The notes below the pieces were generated by a model. The model did no database searches. It was not told the DNA's origin and worked only from the letters and a program-made list of their open reading frames with translations. Of a stretch of DNA of 64,000 nt, positions 50,076-59,252 are shown piece by piece (positions within the stretch are counted from its first letter, which is position 1; each line of letters opens with the position of its first letter). The translations under genes and the position numbers were made by a program. The DNA comes from Deinococcus sp. (lineage in GTDB: Bacteria > Deinococcota > Deinococci > Deinococcales > Deinococcaceae). The DNA lies in NCBI GenBank assembly GCA_965261005.1, contig OZ253375.1, positions 1,696,001-1,760,000 of the forward strand. Reading direction: 5' to 3'.

Positions 50076-51752
50076 TCAGGCCATGACCGACCCGTTCAGC
50101 CGTTCCTCCACAAAGCCCATCAGCTCCCCCACCGTCCCCTCGTCGAAGGCAAAGCGCGCCCCGGCCGCCCCAAACAGCTCGGGCATCGGCCTCGTGTTGC
50201 CGAGGGCCAGGGCCGCCTTGTAGCGCGTCAGGGCAAGTTGGGGGTTGTCCAAGGCGCCGCGCCACACTTGCAGCGCGCCCATCCAGGCCAGCGAATATTC
50301 GATCAGGTAGAGCGGGATGGCGAAGACGTGGACGAACTGCCAACCCTTGGCGTGTTCGCGCGTGAGGCCCGACCAGTCCACGCCCGCCTCGAAGCGCGCC
50401 GAGCATTCCAGCCACTTGGCGTCTATGTCGGCGATGGTCACGTCCTGCGGCGCCTCGGCGTAGAGCCACTGCTGAAAGGCGTCCCCGGTCGCCTGTGAGA
50501 TGAACTGCCGCAGCACGGTTTCGAGCTTGTTGCGGCGGGCGCGGGCGGCGTCCTCCGGGCTGTAAAAGCCGATTGGCTTCTCCAGCAGCGGCAGGGTCAG
50601 CAGCTCCATCGCCTGGCTGCCGACCTCGGCGAACTCCATTGGCGCCAGCTGGTTCCAGATCAGGTCCTGTGGCCCCCCCGACGCCAGAAAGTGAAAGGCG
50701 TGCCCGCCCTCGTGCATCACCACGCGCACGTCCATGTCGGTGCCAACCGCGCTCCAGTAGATCGCGGGCGTGCCGGTCACGGGCAAGTAGGTGCAGTAGC
50801 CGTAGCCGGGTACCTTTTCCGGCCGGGGGTCGAGGTCGAGGTAGCCCCCCGCCCGCATGGCGCCGAACTGCGCGCCGAGTTCCGGGTCGAGGGCCGTGAA
50901 GATGCGCTGGGAGACGTCCTCCAGCTCCTGTGTGCTTTCAAAGGGCTTCAGCGCCTCGCGGCCCGCCGGGTCGGCCGCCGTGTCCCAGGGGCGCAGGCGG
51001 TCCAGGCCCAGCTGTTCGCGCCGTTCCCGGTAGACCTTTTCCAGCAGCGGCTTCACGAACTGCTCGACGCCCCGGTGGAGTTGCTGGGTGTCCTCCGGCG
51101 TGTAATCAAAGCGGTTCATTCCTTGCCAGATCATGTCGCGAAAGTTATCGAAGCCGGCGTTCTTTGCCAGCTGACGGCGCAGCTCCAGCAACTTGAGGAA
51201 CAGCTCGTCGAGCTGCGGCGCGGCCGACAGCTCGGCCGCCTTGATAGCGCGCCAAGCGTCCTCTCTCAGCCCACGGTCGGGGCCAAGCAGCAGCTTCTCG
51301 GCCTGCGGAATCGGCAGCTCCTCGCCGCGCACGGTCGCGCGCAGGGCGCCGGTGATCTTGTTGAACTCGTTGGAGAGCGTGTGAATTTCGGTTTCGAGCG
51401 GCACGTTCTCCTCGCGGAACAGGGCGGCCTCGCCTTTCAGGCGGCGCAGCATCTGAACGTGCTGGGGTTCGGGGGTCCAACCTCCCAGGGCGAGCAGCTT
51501 TTCCGTGAGCTTCTGATCGGCGCGGCTGATCTCGGGCAGGACTTCTTGCAAGAAGGTCAGGTAGGCGGTTTCAGCCTCTTTATCGCTGGGGTCGGCGTCC
51601 TTGGCGCGTTGAAGAACGGCGTCGGCCTCTTGCACGTCCCTTTGCAAGTTGCTCCAGCGGACCAGCCAATCGGCAACGTTCTCGGGGGTGAGGGCTTCGT
51701 TCGACAGCGTCTCGTAGCGCGGGGCGAGGTCGTGCCAGGTCAATTGCGTCAT
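50076..51752 (-). CDS. M3-family oligoendopeptidase
   Basis: HEGGHAFH, EFAEVGS, H.F..P.Y.IEY. Confidence 0.92.
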   Translation of the reverse strand: MTQLTWHDLAPRYETLSNEALTPENVADWLVRWSNLQRDVQEADAVLQRAKDADPSDKEAETAYLTFLQEVLPEISRADQKLTEKLLALGGWTPEPQHVQMLRRLKGEAALFREENVPLETEIHTLSNEFNKITGALRATVRGEELPIPQAEKLLLGPDRGLREDAWRAIKAAELSAAPQLDELFLKLLELRRQLAKNAGFDNFRDMIWQGMNRFDYTPEDTQQLHRGVEQFVKPLLEKVYRERREQLGLDRLRPWDTAADPAGREALKPFESTQELEDVSQRIFTALDPELGAQFGAMRAGGYLDLDPRPEKVPGYGYCTYLPVTGTPAIYWSAVGTDMDVRVVMHEGGHAFHFLASGGPQDLIWNQLAPMEFAEVGSQAMELLTLPLLEKPIGFYSPEDAARARRNKLETVLRQFISQATGDAFQQWLYAEAPQDVTIADIDAKWLECSARFEAGVDWSGLTREHAKGWQFVHVFAIPLYLIEYSLAWMGALQVWRGALDNPQLALTRYKAALALGNTRPMPELFGAAGARFAFDEGTVGELMGFVEERLNGSVMA

Positions 51753-51782
51753 GTCTCACCCTATCGTCTCGGGCGTCAACAC

Positions 51783-51811
51783 GTAGGGGAGGGTTTAAAA
51801 CCCTCCCCTAC
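51783..51811. repeat. GTAG-type REP palindrome, copy 2
   Basis: GTAGGGGAGGG-TTTAAAA-CCCTCCCCTAC. Confidence 0.8.
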
Positions 51812-51822
51812 AGCGGCATGCC

Positions 51823-53055
51823 TCACCCTACCGTTTCAGGAATCAGGCGCGGCCCATGTTCCCGGCCCCACACGGCCCACACCAAGCTGGCAAAGAGGGT
51901 CACGCCGCCGGCCAGCGTGAACATGACGCCGATGGCGAGCTTGTCCGCAAAGGGCGCGAGCGCCAGCAGCGTGAGCGGCATGCCGATCTGCAAGACCATG
52001 CCCAGGAAGCTGAAGACCCGGCCGCGAAACTCAGGCTCGACCAACTGCATCAGCAGGGTGGGGAAGGACGAGTTGGTCAGGCCCATGCCCAGCCCCAACA
52101 GGGCGCCGAACGCCCACAGGGTCGCGGCGCCCCCAGCAGTTGCCATCAGCAGCAGCGCCCCGCCGATGCCGACCAACCCGCAGAAGATGCCCGTTCTCGG
52201 CGCGAGCCGCGCGCCCAGGGCGGCCACCAGGGCCGAGCCGACCACCACGCCGGCCGTCAGACAGCCCTCGAAGGTGCCGAAGCCCGCCGCCCCCGCGCCC
52301 AAATCGAGCATGCGTTTCGGCAGCAGCATCAGCATCGGGGCGACGCTGGCGTTGATGAAGAGGCCCATCACGGGCACCAGCGTCAGAATTCTTGAGGCGC
52401 GCAGGTGCGCGAAGCCCGCCGCCAAGTCGGCCAGAAAGGGGCGCCGCTCGCGGCTGGCGGCACTTTTCGGCGTGTTCACGAAGGGCAGCAAAGCGCCCAT
52501 CACGAGGAACGTCAGCGCGTCAATGAGCAGCGCCGGCGCGTTGCCGACGCGGCTCACCAACAGCCCGCCGCCCACCAAGCCGATCAGGCCGGCCGTCTGG
52601 GTGGCGGTGCCGAGCAGCCCGTTGGCCCGCACGAGCTGGTCGCGTGGCGCGAGGTGCGGAATCAGCGAACCCGCCGCCGGCCCGTACAGCACGCCGATCA
52701 AGCCGGTCAACAGCGACAGCGCGTAGATCAGCCCGAGGGGCACCGTCCCCGACAGCGCCCACAACCCGACCCTACCCACGATCACGCCGCGCGCCAGGTC
52801 GCCGGCCACCAGGGGCAGCTTGAGGGGAATGCGGTCCACCAGCGTGCCGGCCAGCGGAGAGAGCAGCCCCGGCAACATCGCCAGCGCCAAGTTCACGCCC
52901 ATCGCGCCCGCGCTGCCGCTGATCTCCAACACCAGAAACGAGAGCGCGATGCCGGCCAGCGCCGAGCCAAAAGCGCTCTGCGCGCTGCCCAGCCACCACA
53001 GGATGAAGTTCTTGTTCCAAAGCGTGCCCGGCTGCGTTTGCCCAAGTGCGGTCAT
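51823..53055 (-). CDS. MFS transporter (DHA3/macrolide-efflux-like)
   Basis: NKNF..WWLG, AGTLVDR, GRVFS; ~12 TM helices. Confidence 0.9.
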   Translation of the reverse strand: MTALGQTQPGTLWNKNFILWWLGSAQSAFGSALAGIALSFLVLEISGSAGAMGVNLALAMLPGLLSPLAGTLVDRIPLKLPLVAGDLARGVIVGRVGLWALSGTVPLGLIYALSLLTGLIGVLYGPAAGSLIPHLAPRDQLVRANGLLGTATQTAGLIGLVGGGLLVSRVGNAPALLIDALTFLVMGALLPFVNTPKSAASRERRPFLADLAAGFAHLRASRILTLVPVMGLFINASVAPMLMLLPKRMLDLGAGAAGFGTFEGCLTAGVVVGSALVAALGARLAPRTGIFCGLVGIGGALLLMATAGGAATLWAFGALLGLGMGLTNSSFPTLLMQLVEPEFRGRVFSFLGMVLQIGMPLTLLALAPFADKLAIGVMFTLAGGVTLFASLVWAVWGREHGPRLIPETVG

Positions 53056-53096
53056 GTCGGCCTCCTGACCTCAGCGTGCGGCGTAAGCTACTCCAG

Positions 53097-53723
53097 ATGA
53101 CAGGCCCGGGGTTGAGTAGGGCGCGGACGGAGCGGCAGGCCAAGCTGTTGCTCGACCCCGAGCATTACGGCCTGCTGTCGCTGGTCATGCGCGGCGACGT
53201 CTCGGCGGCGGAGGTCGCGCGCACACTTGATTGGCCGCTGCAAACGGCGCACTACAAGCTGGGCAGGCTGGTCGAGGCCGAAATCGCCGTGGTCACGGGC
53301 GAGGAAAAGCGCGCCGGGCGGGCGGTCAAGCGCTACTCAAGCGCGCGGCCCGAGTGGTTCGTGCCGTACGAACTGACGAGCGCGGCGACCCTAGCCGACC
53401 TCGTCGCGGCGCAGTTGGAGCCTCGGATGCGCCGCGTCTACGACCGGATGGCCGAGGAGCTGACACAATTCAGCCCTCATCAGGGCGTGACCCTCAGGAT
53501 GGTAGGCGACGTGCTGACCGTGCGCTTGGCGCCGCCCGGGACGAACGAGGTGGGCGGGTCGTCAACCTCCGCGGCGCTCTCCGGCCTCAGACTCTCCCCC
53601 GAGCGCGCCCGTGAGTTTCACGACAAGCTGGAGGCGTTGGCTCAGGAATTCGTCGGGGCGCCCGATCAGGACGGCGAGGACCACATTCTGGGCCTGTTCT
53701 TCATCCGGGGGAAGCTGGCGTAG
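53097..53723 (+). CDS. Winged-helix (ArsR-like) regulator divergent from the MFS gene
   Basis: SAAEVAR.L....TAHYKL.RL...RAGRAVKRY; C-terminal LRLSPERAREF. Confidence 0.8.
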   Translation: MTGPGLSRARTERQAKLLLDPEHYGLLSLVMRGDVSAAEVARTLDWPLQTAHYKLGRLVEAEIAVVTGEEKRAGRAVKRYSSARPEWFVPYELTSAATLADLVAAQLEPRMRRVYDRMAEELTQFSPHQGVTLRMVGDVLTVRLAPPGTNEVGGSSTSAALSGLRLSPERAREFHDKLEALAQEFVGAPDQDGEDHILGLFFIRGKLA

Positions 53724-53799
53724 AGATGAAAAAAGCCCGCGCGAGGCGGGCGTATCACACGACGGGCCTAGAGGGCTATGTGCCAGTCAGCTGAGGCAA

Positions 53800-53958
53800 T
53801 TACTTGTCGCAGCCGTGCCTGTACTCCGCCAACCACCGCAAAAGCGCCACGAGGACGTTGAGGATGGTCAGCAAGTCGCGCCACGAAAAGCGGCTCTTCT
53901 TACGAAGGTGCCGCTTGCGTTGCGCGGTCCGACGAGATGGTTTACGATGCTTTTGCAT
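53800..53958 (-). CDS. Small basic/amphipathic peptide (52 aa), toxin-like
   Basis: Manual translation MQKHRKPSRRTAQRKRHLRKKSRFSWRDLLTILNVLVALLRWLAEYRHGCDK; below the ORF-track cutoff; same upstream layout as 4560-4703. Confidence 0.6.
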   Translation of the reverse strand: MQKHRKPSRRTAQRKRHLRKKSRFSWRDLLTILNVLVALLRWLAEYRHGCDK

Positions 53959-54125
53959 TGCGCATCACCAGGCCGGACGCCCTCTGATTCAGGGCGCCCG
54001 GCTTCACCTTTCCGCTGCGAGAGCTTCAGGACAAAGGCCGATTCGACGCCCCAAGGACCCTGATTGTCATGTAACTCGCCGCTCGCGCGGGCAAAGTCAG
54101 TCTAGCAAGCGAAACCCCAATCCCC

Positions 54126-55028
54126 TCAGCCCTCCATCGCCTCCCTGACCGCCGCCGCGAAGCCGTCCGGGTCGTCCAACCAAGGGTAGTGGCCGGCGTC
54201 GAGCACGGTCAGGTCGGCGCCGGCCAAGTCTTGCAGCCACTCGACCTGTTCGGGGTAGGAGGTGCGGTCGTGCTCGCCCGCGATGGCGTGGACCGGGCGG
54301 CGCAGGTCGGTCAGAAAGGGGGGGTACTCGAACTCCCAAAAGCCCTGCGCGACCAGGGCCTGCTGGACCTCGGCGGCGCCGAGGAGTTGGGACTCCACGT
54401 CGGCGAACTCCAAGCGCATGCGGCTGCGCGCGTCCTTGAATTGCAGGGCGTTCAGCAGGTCGCGCGCGCCCAGCAAGCTGAAGGCGGCCTCCACCCGGGC
54501 GGCGCCCACCTGGGGATACTGGCCCTCCGGGGTGCGCGACAGAATTTCGTCGCGCGGGTCGCGGGCCGCTTGGCCGCTGATCTGCGCGGCGGAGCGCAGC
54601 AGCGTCAGCGCCAAGTTCGGCAGGTGCAGCCACGGGTTCACCGCGATCACGCGCTGGGTGCGCTTGGGATGGCGGCGGGCGTACTCCAGCCCGACCAGGG
54701 CGCCGAAGCCGTGGCCCAGCGGCGTGAAGCGGTCCAACTCCAAAAAGTCGCGCACCGCCTCCACGTCGGCGACCAAGGTGTCGAGGTCGAGCAGCGGCTG
54801 CGAAAGCGGCGCGCTGCGGCCCGAGCCGCGCTGATCGAGGTAGATCATGCGGTACTGGGACAGCCCCTCGCCGGCCAACTCGCGAAATGAGTAGCTGTTG
54901 TAGCCGGGGCCGCCGTGCAGGTACAGCAGCGGCGGCGCCCCCGCATCGCCCACCACCTCAAAATACAGCTCGGTGTCGCCGAGCGCTTCCAGATACGTCT
55001 CCAGGTGTGTCTCCTCTGGGGCGGTCAT
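54126..55028 (-). CDS. Alpha/beta hydrolase, proline-iminopeptidase-like, with GHGFG in place of GxSxG
   Basis: LHGGPG, DQRGSGRS, GHGFG, GEHD, AGHYPW. Confidence 0.85.
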   Translation of the reverse strand: MTAPEETHLETYLEALGDTELYFEVVGDAGAPPLLYLHGGPGYNSYSFRELAGEGLSQYRMIYLDQRGSGRSAPLSQPLLDLDTLVADVEAVRDFLELDRFTPLGHGFGALVGLEYARRHPKRTQRVIAVNPWLHLPNLALTLLRSAAQISGQAARDPRDEILSRTPEGQYPQVGAARVEAAFSLLGARDLLNALQFKDARSRMRLEFADVESQLLGAAEVQQALVAQGFWEFEYPPFLTDLRRPVHAIAGEHDRTSYPEQVEWLQDLAGADLTVLDAGHYPWLDDPDGFAAAVREAMEG

Positions 55029-55222
55029 GCGGGTAGTCTACCCGCAGAAGCGGCCAAGCTCTCCTTTCCTTTTGCCCCTCCACCTTTTGATGGACGCCCG
55101 CGCCCCCTTATCCCATACGTTCGTGGCGAAATTCTTCGACAAATCTTCACTTGCGCGCCGCTACACTGCCTCAGCAAAGGTGGTATGTGAGCAACTCAAG
55201 TCGCAGTCCAAAAGGAGCACAG

Positions 55223-56884
55223 ATGGTAGGCATGACGAATGGTGAACTCACGGGGACGGGCCGGATGAAGGGGGCACGCCGCACGGTCGCTTTGGGCGCG
55301 TTGCTGCTTTCGGCCGCCCTGGCCCAAACCGCCCCGGCCCCTGTTAATCCTGCCCCGATCAACCCAGCGCCAATCAACCCGGCGCCAGTTTCTCCGGTCC
55401 CAGTCGCCCCGGTGCCGGTCGCGCCGGTTCCAGTTGTTCCGGCGCCGACGGCACCAGCTCCCACGGCGCCGGCACCGACGACCCCAGCGCCGAGCAATCC
55501 GGCGCCAAGCAGCCTAACACCAACCGCCCCCATAGAGAGCACGCCGGACCAAGCGGCGCTGCCCGCGCTGACGCTGGAGACCGCCCTCGCGCGCTTGCCG
55601 CAGACGTCCTCTTGGCAACAGGCGGACGTGGTGTACGCCGCCGCCCAGCAACAGGTGGCGGCGGCGCAGGCGGCGCTGGGCCTCACCTTTGGGGTGGGCG
55701 GCAACTACAATTACAGCGACAGCTTCGGGGGCGCGGGGCTGAACGGGGCCGGCGCGGTGGGCGGCCGGACGACCGCCGCCGTGAGCGCGACGGTGGGCCT
55801 CAGCGTGCTGCCGTGGTCCCCCGTCTACGACAACCTGCGCGCGGCGCGGCGCAGCTTGGAGCTGGCCGGGGCCACCCGCGCCGCCACCCGGGCCACGCTG
55901 GTCCTCAACGTCTACAGCCAATACGACGCGGCGCGCCTCGCGCAGCTCGACTTGGTGACGGCGGGAGGCCAGCGCGACCTCGCGGCGGCCCAGCTGCAAA
56001 TCGTGCGGGCACAGCGCGCCCAAAACAACGCGACCGCCGAGGCGGTGCTGACCGCGCAGGCAAGCTTGCAAAGCGCCGAGGCGACCCTCGCGCAGACGCG
56101 GGGCACCTTGGACGCCAATCGGCGCACGCTGTTCTCGGCCCTCGGCCTGCCGCTGCGGGAAGTCAACTTTTCGAGCGCCCCGCCGGAAAGCCTCACCTTG
56201 CCGGCGCTCGACCCCTTGCTGACGGCGGCCCAGGCCAGCCGCAGCGAGGTCGCGGCGGCCAGCTACGACGTGCAGGCGGCGCAAGACCAGCTCGACATCG
56301 CCCTGCGCAACCGCAATTTGCCGGCGGCCAACCTGGCCGTGCAGTACGGCCAACTGGGCGGCGCGGGCACCCAGGCCGGCACCAGCGTCTCGGGCAACCT
56401 CAACATCCAGACCGGCGTGGCCAGCGCGACCTTTTCGCAGCCCCTGACCGGCAACGCCGGCAACCTGCCCACCTCGGTCGCGCTGAGCGTGTCGGCCACC
56501 TTCAACATTCTCGATCCCGTGGCGCAGGCGCAGATTCAGAACGCCCGCACCCAGGTGGAGCGCTACCAACTCTCCCTCACGCTCGCGCGGCAAAACGTGG
56601 AACTCGACGTGCGCCAAAAGTATTTGGCCGCCGCCAACGCCCAGGCCACCCTCGGCGCCGCGCGCACCGGGGTGACCCGCGCGCAAACGGCGCTGGCGAC
56701 CGCGCAGGCGGCGCTCACGGCCGGCACCGCCACCGAGGTCACGGTGCAGTCGGCCCAACTCGACCTCGCCACGGCGCGGCGCACCATCGAATCGAGCTTG
56801 GAAAACGCCCAACTCACCTTGCTGACCCTGCGCGCCGCCGCCGGCCAGCCCCTGATCACCACCACTTCCGGAGGCACCCCATGA
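55223..56884 (+). CDS. TolC-family outer membrane efflux protein with a Pro-rich N-terminal linker
   Basis: Signal peptide, PAP/PVAP repeats, LTLE.AL, helical OEP-like repeats; first gene of the RND operon. Confidence 0.8.
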   Translation: MVGMTNGELTGTGRMKGARRTVALGALLLSAALAQTAPAPVNPAPINPAPINPAPVSPVPVAPVPVAPVPVVPAPTAPAPTAPAPTTPAPSNPAPSSLTPTAPIESTPDQAALPALTLETALARLPQTSSWQQADVVYAAAQQQVAAAQAALGLTFGVGGNYNYSDSFGGAGLNGAGAVGGRTTAAVSATVGLSVLPWSPVYDNLRAARRSLELAGATRAATRATLVLNVYSQYDAARLAQLDLVTAGGQRDLAAAQLQIVRAQRAQNNATAEAVLTAQASLQSAEATLAQTRGTLDANRRTLFSALGLPLREVNFSSAPPESLTLPALDPLLTAAQASRSEVAAASYDVQAAQDQLDIALRNRNLPAANLAVQYGQLGGAGTQAGTSVSGNLNIQTGVASATFSQPLTGNAGNLPTSVALSVSATFNILDPVAQAQIQNARTQVERYQLSLTLARQNVELDVRQKYLAAANAQATLGAARTGVTRAQTALATAQAALTAGTATEVTVQSAQLDLATARRTIESSLENAQLTLLTLRAAAGQPLITTTSGGTP

Positions 56885-57978
56885 GACCGACCGCCCTTCG
56901 TTTCAGCGTCCTTTCGTGCACTCTCGCGCTGGGACTTGTTCAAGCTCAAACTGCTCAGGCCCAAGCTACTCAGACTCAAACCTCTCAGGCTCAGGGCGCG
57001 CAGACCGTTACGCTGCCCGCCGCCGCCAGTCGCGCCCTCACGTCCGGCCCGGACCTCAAGACGGCCCAGACCAACCTTCAGCAAGCCCAAAGCGACCTCG
57101 CCGCCAAGCAGGGCGACCCCGGCACCCTGGTCGCGCCGCTCACACAGGCAAAGAACACCTTGCAGCTCGCGCAATTGCAGCTCGACAACACCCGCCTGAG
57201 CGTGGTGCAGAACGTGGTTTCGGCCCACACCGCGCTGCTGGCGGCGCAGCAGAACGTCGAGGTGCAGACGCTGCAAAGCGACTTCGACGCGCGCAGCCTC
57301 AAGGTGGCGCAAGTCAAGCTGGCCGCCAACAACGCCACCGCCTTGGACGTTCAGAACGCCCAGAACACCCTCGCGGGCAGCCAGCAGGCCCTGGCGGACG
57401 CGCGGGCGCAGTTGCCGATTCTGTCGCAGCGGCTGGCCAAGCTGCTGGGCGCGAGCGGCGCGACCTTGCGCGCGAACGGTCTGCCGGACGTGCCCCCCCT
57501 GAAGGTGAGCTTGGCCAATTTGTCGCAGAATTTGGAGACCCGCTCGCCGGCGGTGCTGAGGGCGAGTCAGGCGGTGGCCCTCGACCAGCTGAACGTGAAG
57601 TTGGCCAACAACGATTACACGCCGCGTCAGACCCTGCTGGACGCCCAAACGGGCCTGGCCAATGACCAGCGCACCCTGGACGGCGCGAGGCGCGACGCCA
57701 ACACCAACCTGACCGACGCCTACCGCAGCGCCCAGAACGCTTACCAGCAGCTGAAAATTGCCCTGACCGCCGAGACCAACCAGCAAACGACCTACCAGCA
57801 AAATCAGGCCCGCCTGAAGAGCGGCACCATTTCGGCCGTGGACTTGCAGAACAGCCAGGTGGCCCTCAAAAAGGCGCAGTTCGCGCGCCTACAAGCGCAA
57901 AACGCCGTGTGGAGCGCCCTTTCGGCCCTCTCGGTGGCCGCCGGCACCAACCTGACCGGCCTGACGGACGGCACGTGA
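56881..57978 (+). CDS. Second TolC-family protein
   Basis: ATG 56881 overlapping the upstream stop; signal peptide, Q/T-rich linker, RLKSGTISAVDL OEP-type motif. Confidence 0.8.
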   Translation: MRPTALRFSVLSCTLALGLVQAQTAQAQATQTQTSQAQGAQTVTLPAAASRALTSGPDLKTAQTNLQQAQSDLAAKQGDPGTLVAPLTQAKNTLQLAQLQLDNTRLSVVQNVVSAHTALLAAQQNVEVQTLQSDFDARSLKVAQVKLAANNATALDVQNAQNTLAGSQQALADARAQLPILSQRLAKLLGASGATLRANGLPDVPPLKVSLANLSQNLETRSPAVLRASQAVALDQLNVKLANNDYTPRQTLLDAQTGLANDQRTLDGARRDANTNLTDAYRSAQNAYQQLKIALTAETNQQTTYQQNQARLKSGTISAVDLQNSQVALKKAQFARLQAQNAVWSALSALSVAAGTNLTGLTDGT

Positions 57979-59252
57979 ACGGGCGCCCCCCCCGCTTCAC
58001 GCTGCTGCTGACCGTGTGTGCGGCCTTGCTGGGCGCTTGCCGCGCGCCGAGCGGCGCGGGGGCGGCGGGGCAGGACAGCCTGGACACCCCGCCCAGCAAG
58101 ACGGCCAAGACCGCCGTGAGCACGGTGGCGGCCACCACCGGCGACCTCAGCGTGGTCCGCACGGTCAGCGCCACCGTCACGGCGGGGCGCGACAGCAACG
58201 TGGCCGCGCAGACGGGGGGCCAAGTGGCCAAGTTGGCCTACGCCGAGGGCGACGCGGTGCCTTCGGGCGCGACCGTGGTTCAGCTGGTGGACAGCGACCT
58301 GCGAAACAGCGTCGAGAGCGCGCGCATCGCCCTTCAGAACGCGCGCATCACCTTGCGGCAAAGCCAAAACGCCACCGGGGAGTCGCGCGCCCAACTCCAG
58401 AGCGCCGTGCGCGCCGCGCAGAGCAACCTCGACAAGGCGCGGGCGCAGGACGCGGCCAACCAAAAGCTGCTGGCCCTCGGCGGCGTGTCGCGCACCGACC
58501 TTCAGGCCAGCGCCGCGCAGCTGGCCCAAGCGCGCGCCGATTTCGCCAGCGCCCAGAACAACCTGGCCCTGAGCGGCAAGACCGGCTCGGGCAGCTTGGC
58601 GCTGTTGGAGAACCAGGTGGAGAGCGCCCAGAACAACCTGCGCCAAGCCCAGGGCAACCTCGCCAAGGCGGCCGTCAAGGCGCCCTTCGCGGGCGTGGTC
58701 GCCGCCTTACCCGTCAGCCAAGGCGAGTTCGTCAACGCCGGCACCACCGTCTTCCGCTTGGTGGACCCAGAGAGCCTCAAGGCCGACTTCAAGGTCTCCC
58801 CCGAGGCGGCGCAACAGCTGAGGCCGGGCAGCGCGGTCACGCTCAGCTACGGCGGGGCGTCGTACCCGGCGCGGCTGACGACCAATGACAACCGCGTGGC
58901 GGGCAGCGACCGTCAGGTGAATTTGAGCGCGCGCTTGGCGGGCGCCAAGCTGCCGGTGGGGGCGGTGGCCCAGCTGAGCTACCGCGCCAACCTCGCCGGC
59001 GGCGTGCTGCTGCCGGTGGGGGCGCTGCAAACCGACGGCGACCGGACCTTCGCCTACACCGTCGAGGACGGCAAGGTGGCCAGAACGGCGGTCGAGGTGC
59101 TGGCCGAGTCGCGCGGCACGGTGGCCGTGCGTGGCCTCACGGGCGGCGCACGGGTGGTCAGCCCGGTGCCGCCTACCCTGCGCGACGGCGAGGCGGTGGC
59201 CGCGACGGGGGCCACCGAGGAAACAGGGGCCACCGGGGGAGCGGGACAATGA
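57975..59252 (+). CDS. RND efflux periplasmic adaptor (membrane fusion protein)
   Basis: LLGAC lipobox, [14 protein letters not shown]...GEFV. Confidence 0.9.
   Translation: MNGRPPRFTLLLTVCAALLGACRAPSGAGAAGQDSLDTPPSKTAKTAVSTVAATTGDLSVVRTVSATVTAGRDSNVAAQTGGQVAKLAYAEGDAVPSGATVVQLVDSDLRNSVESARIALQNARITLRQSQNATGESRAQLQSAVRAAQSNLDKARAQDAANQKLLALGGVSRTDLQASAAQLAQARADFASAQNNLALSGKTGSGSLALLENQVESAQNNLRQAQGNLAKAAVKAPFAGVVAALPVSQGEFVNAGTTVFRLVDPESLKADFKVSPEAAQQLRPGSAVTLSYGGASYPARLTTNDNRVAGSDRQVNLSARLAGAKLPVGAVAQLSYRANLAGGVLLPVGALQTDGDRTFAYTVEDGKVARTAVEVLAESRGTVAVRGLTGGARVVSPVPPTLRDGEAVAATGATEETGATGGAGQ

Noticed and set aside
55115..55131. Possible DdrO/RDRM radiation-response motif (ATACGTTCGTGGCGAAA)
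   Set aside because: Mismatches in both half-sites; cannot be supported without a position-weight-matrix scan.
55325..55530. 15-nt periodic repeats
   Set aside because: They encode the Pro-rich linker of the TolC-like protein and are not a non-coding array.
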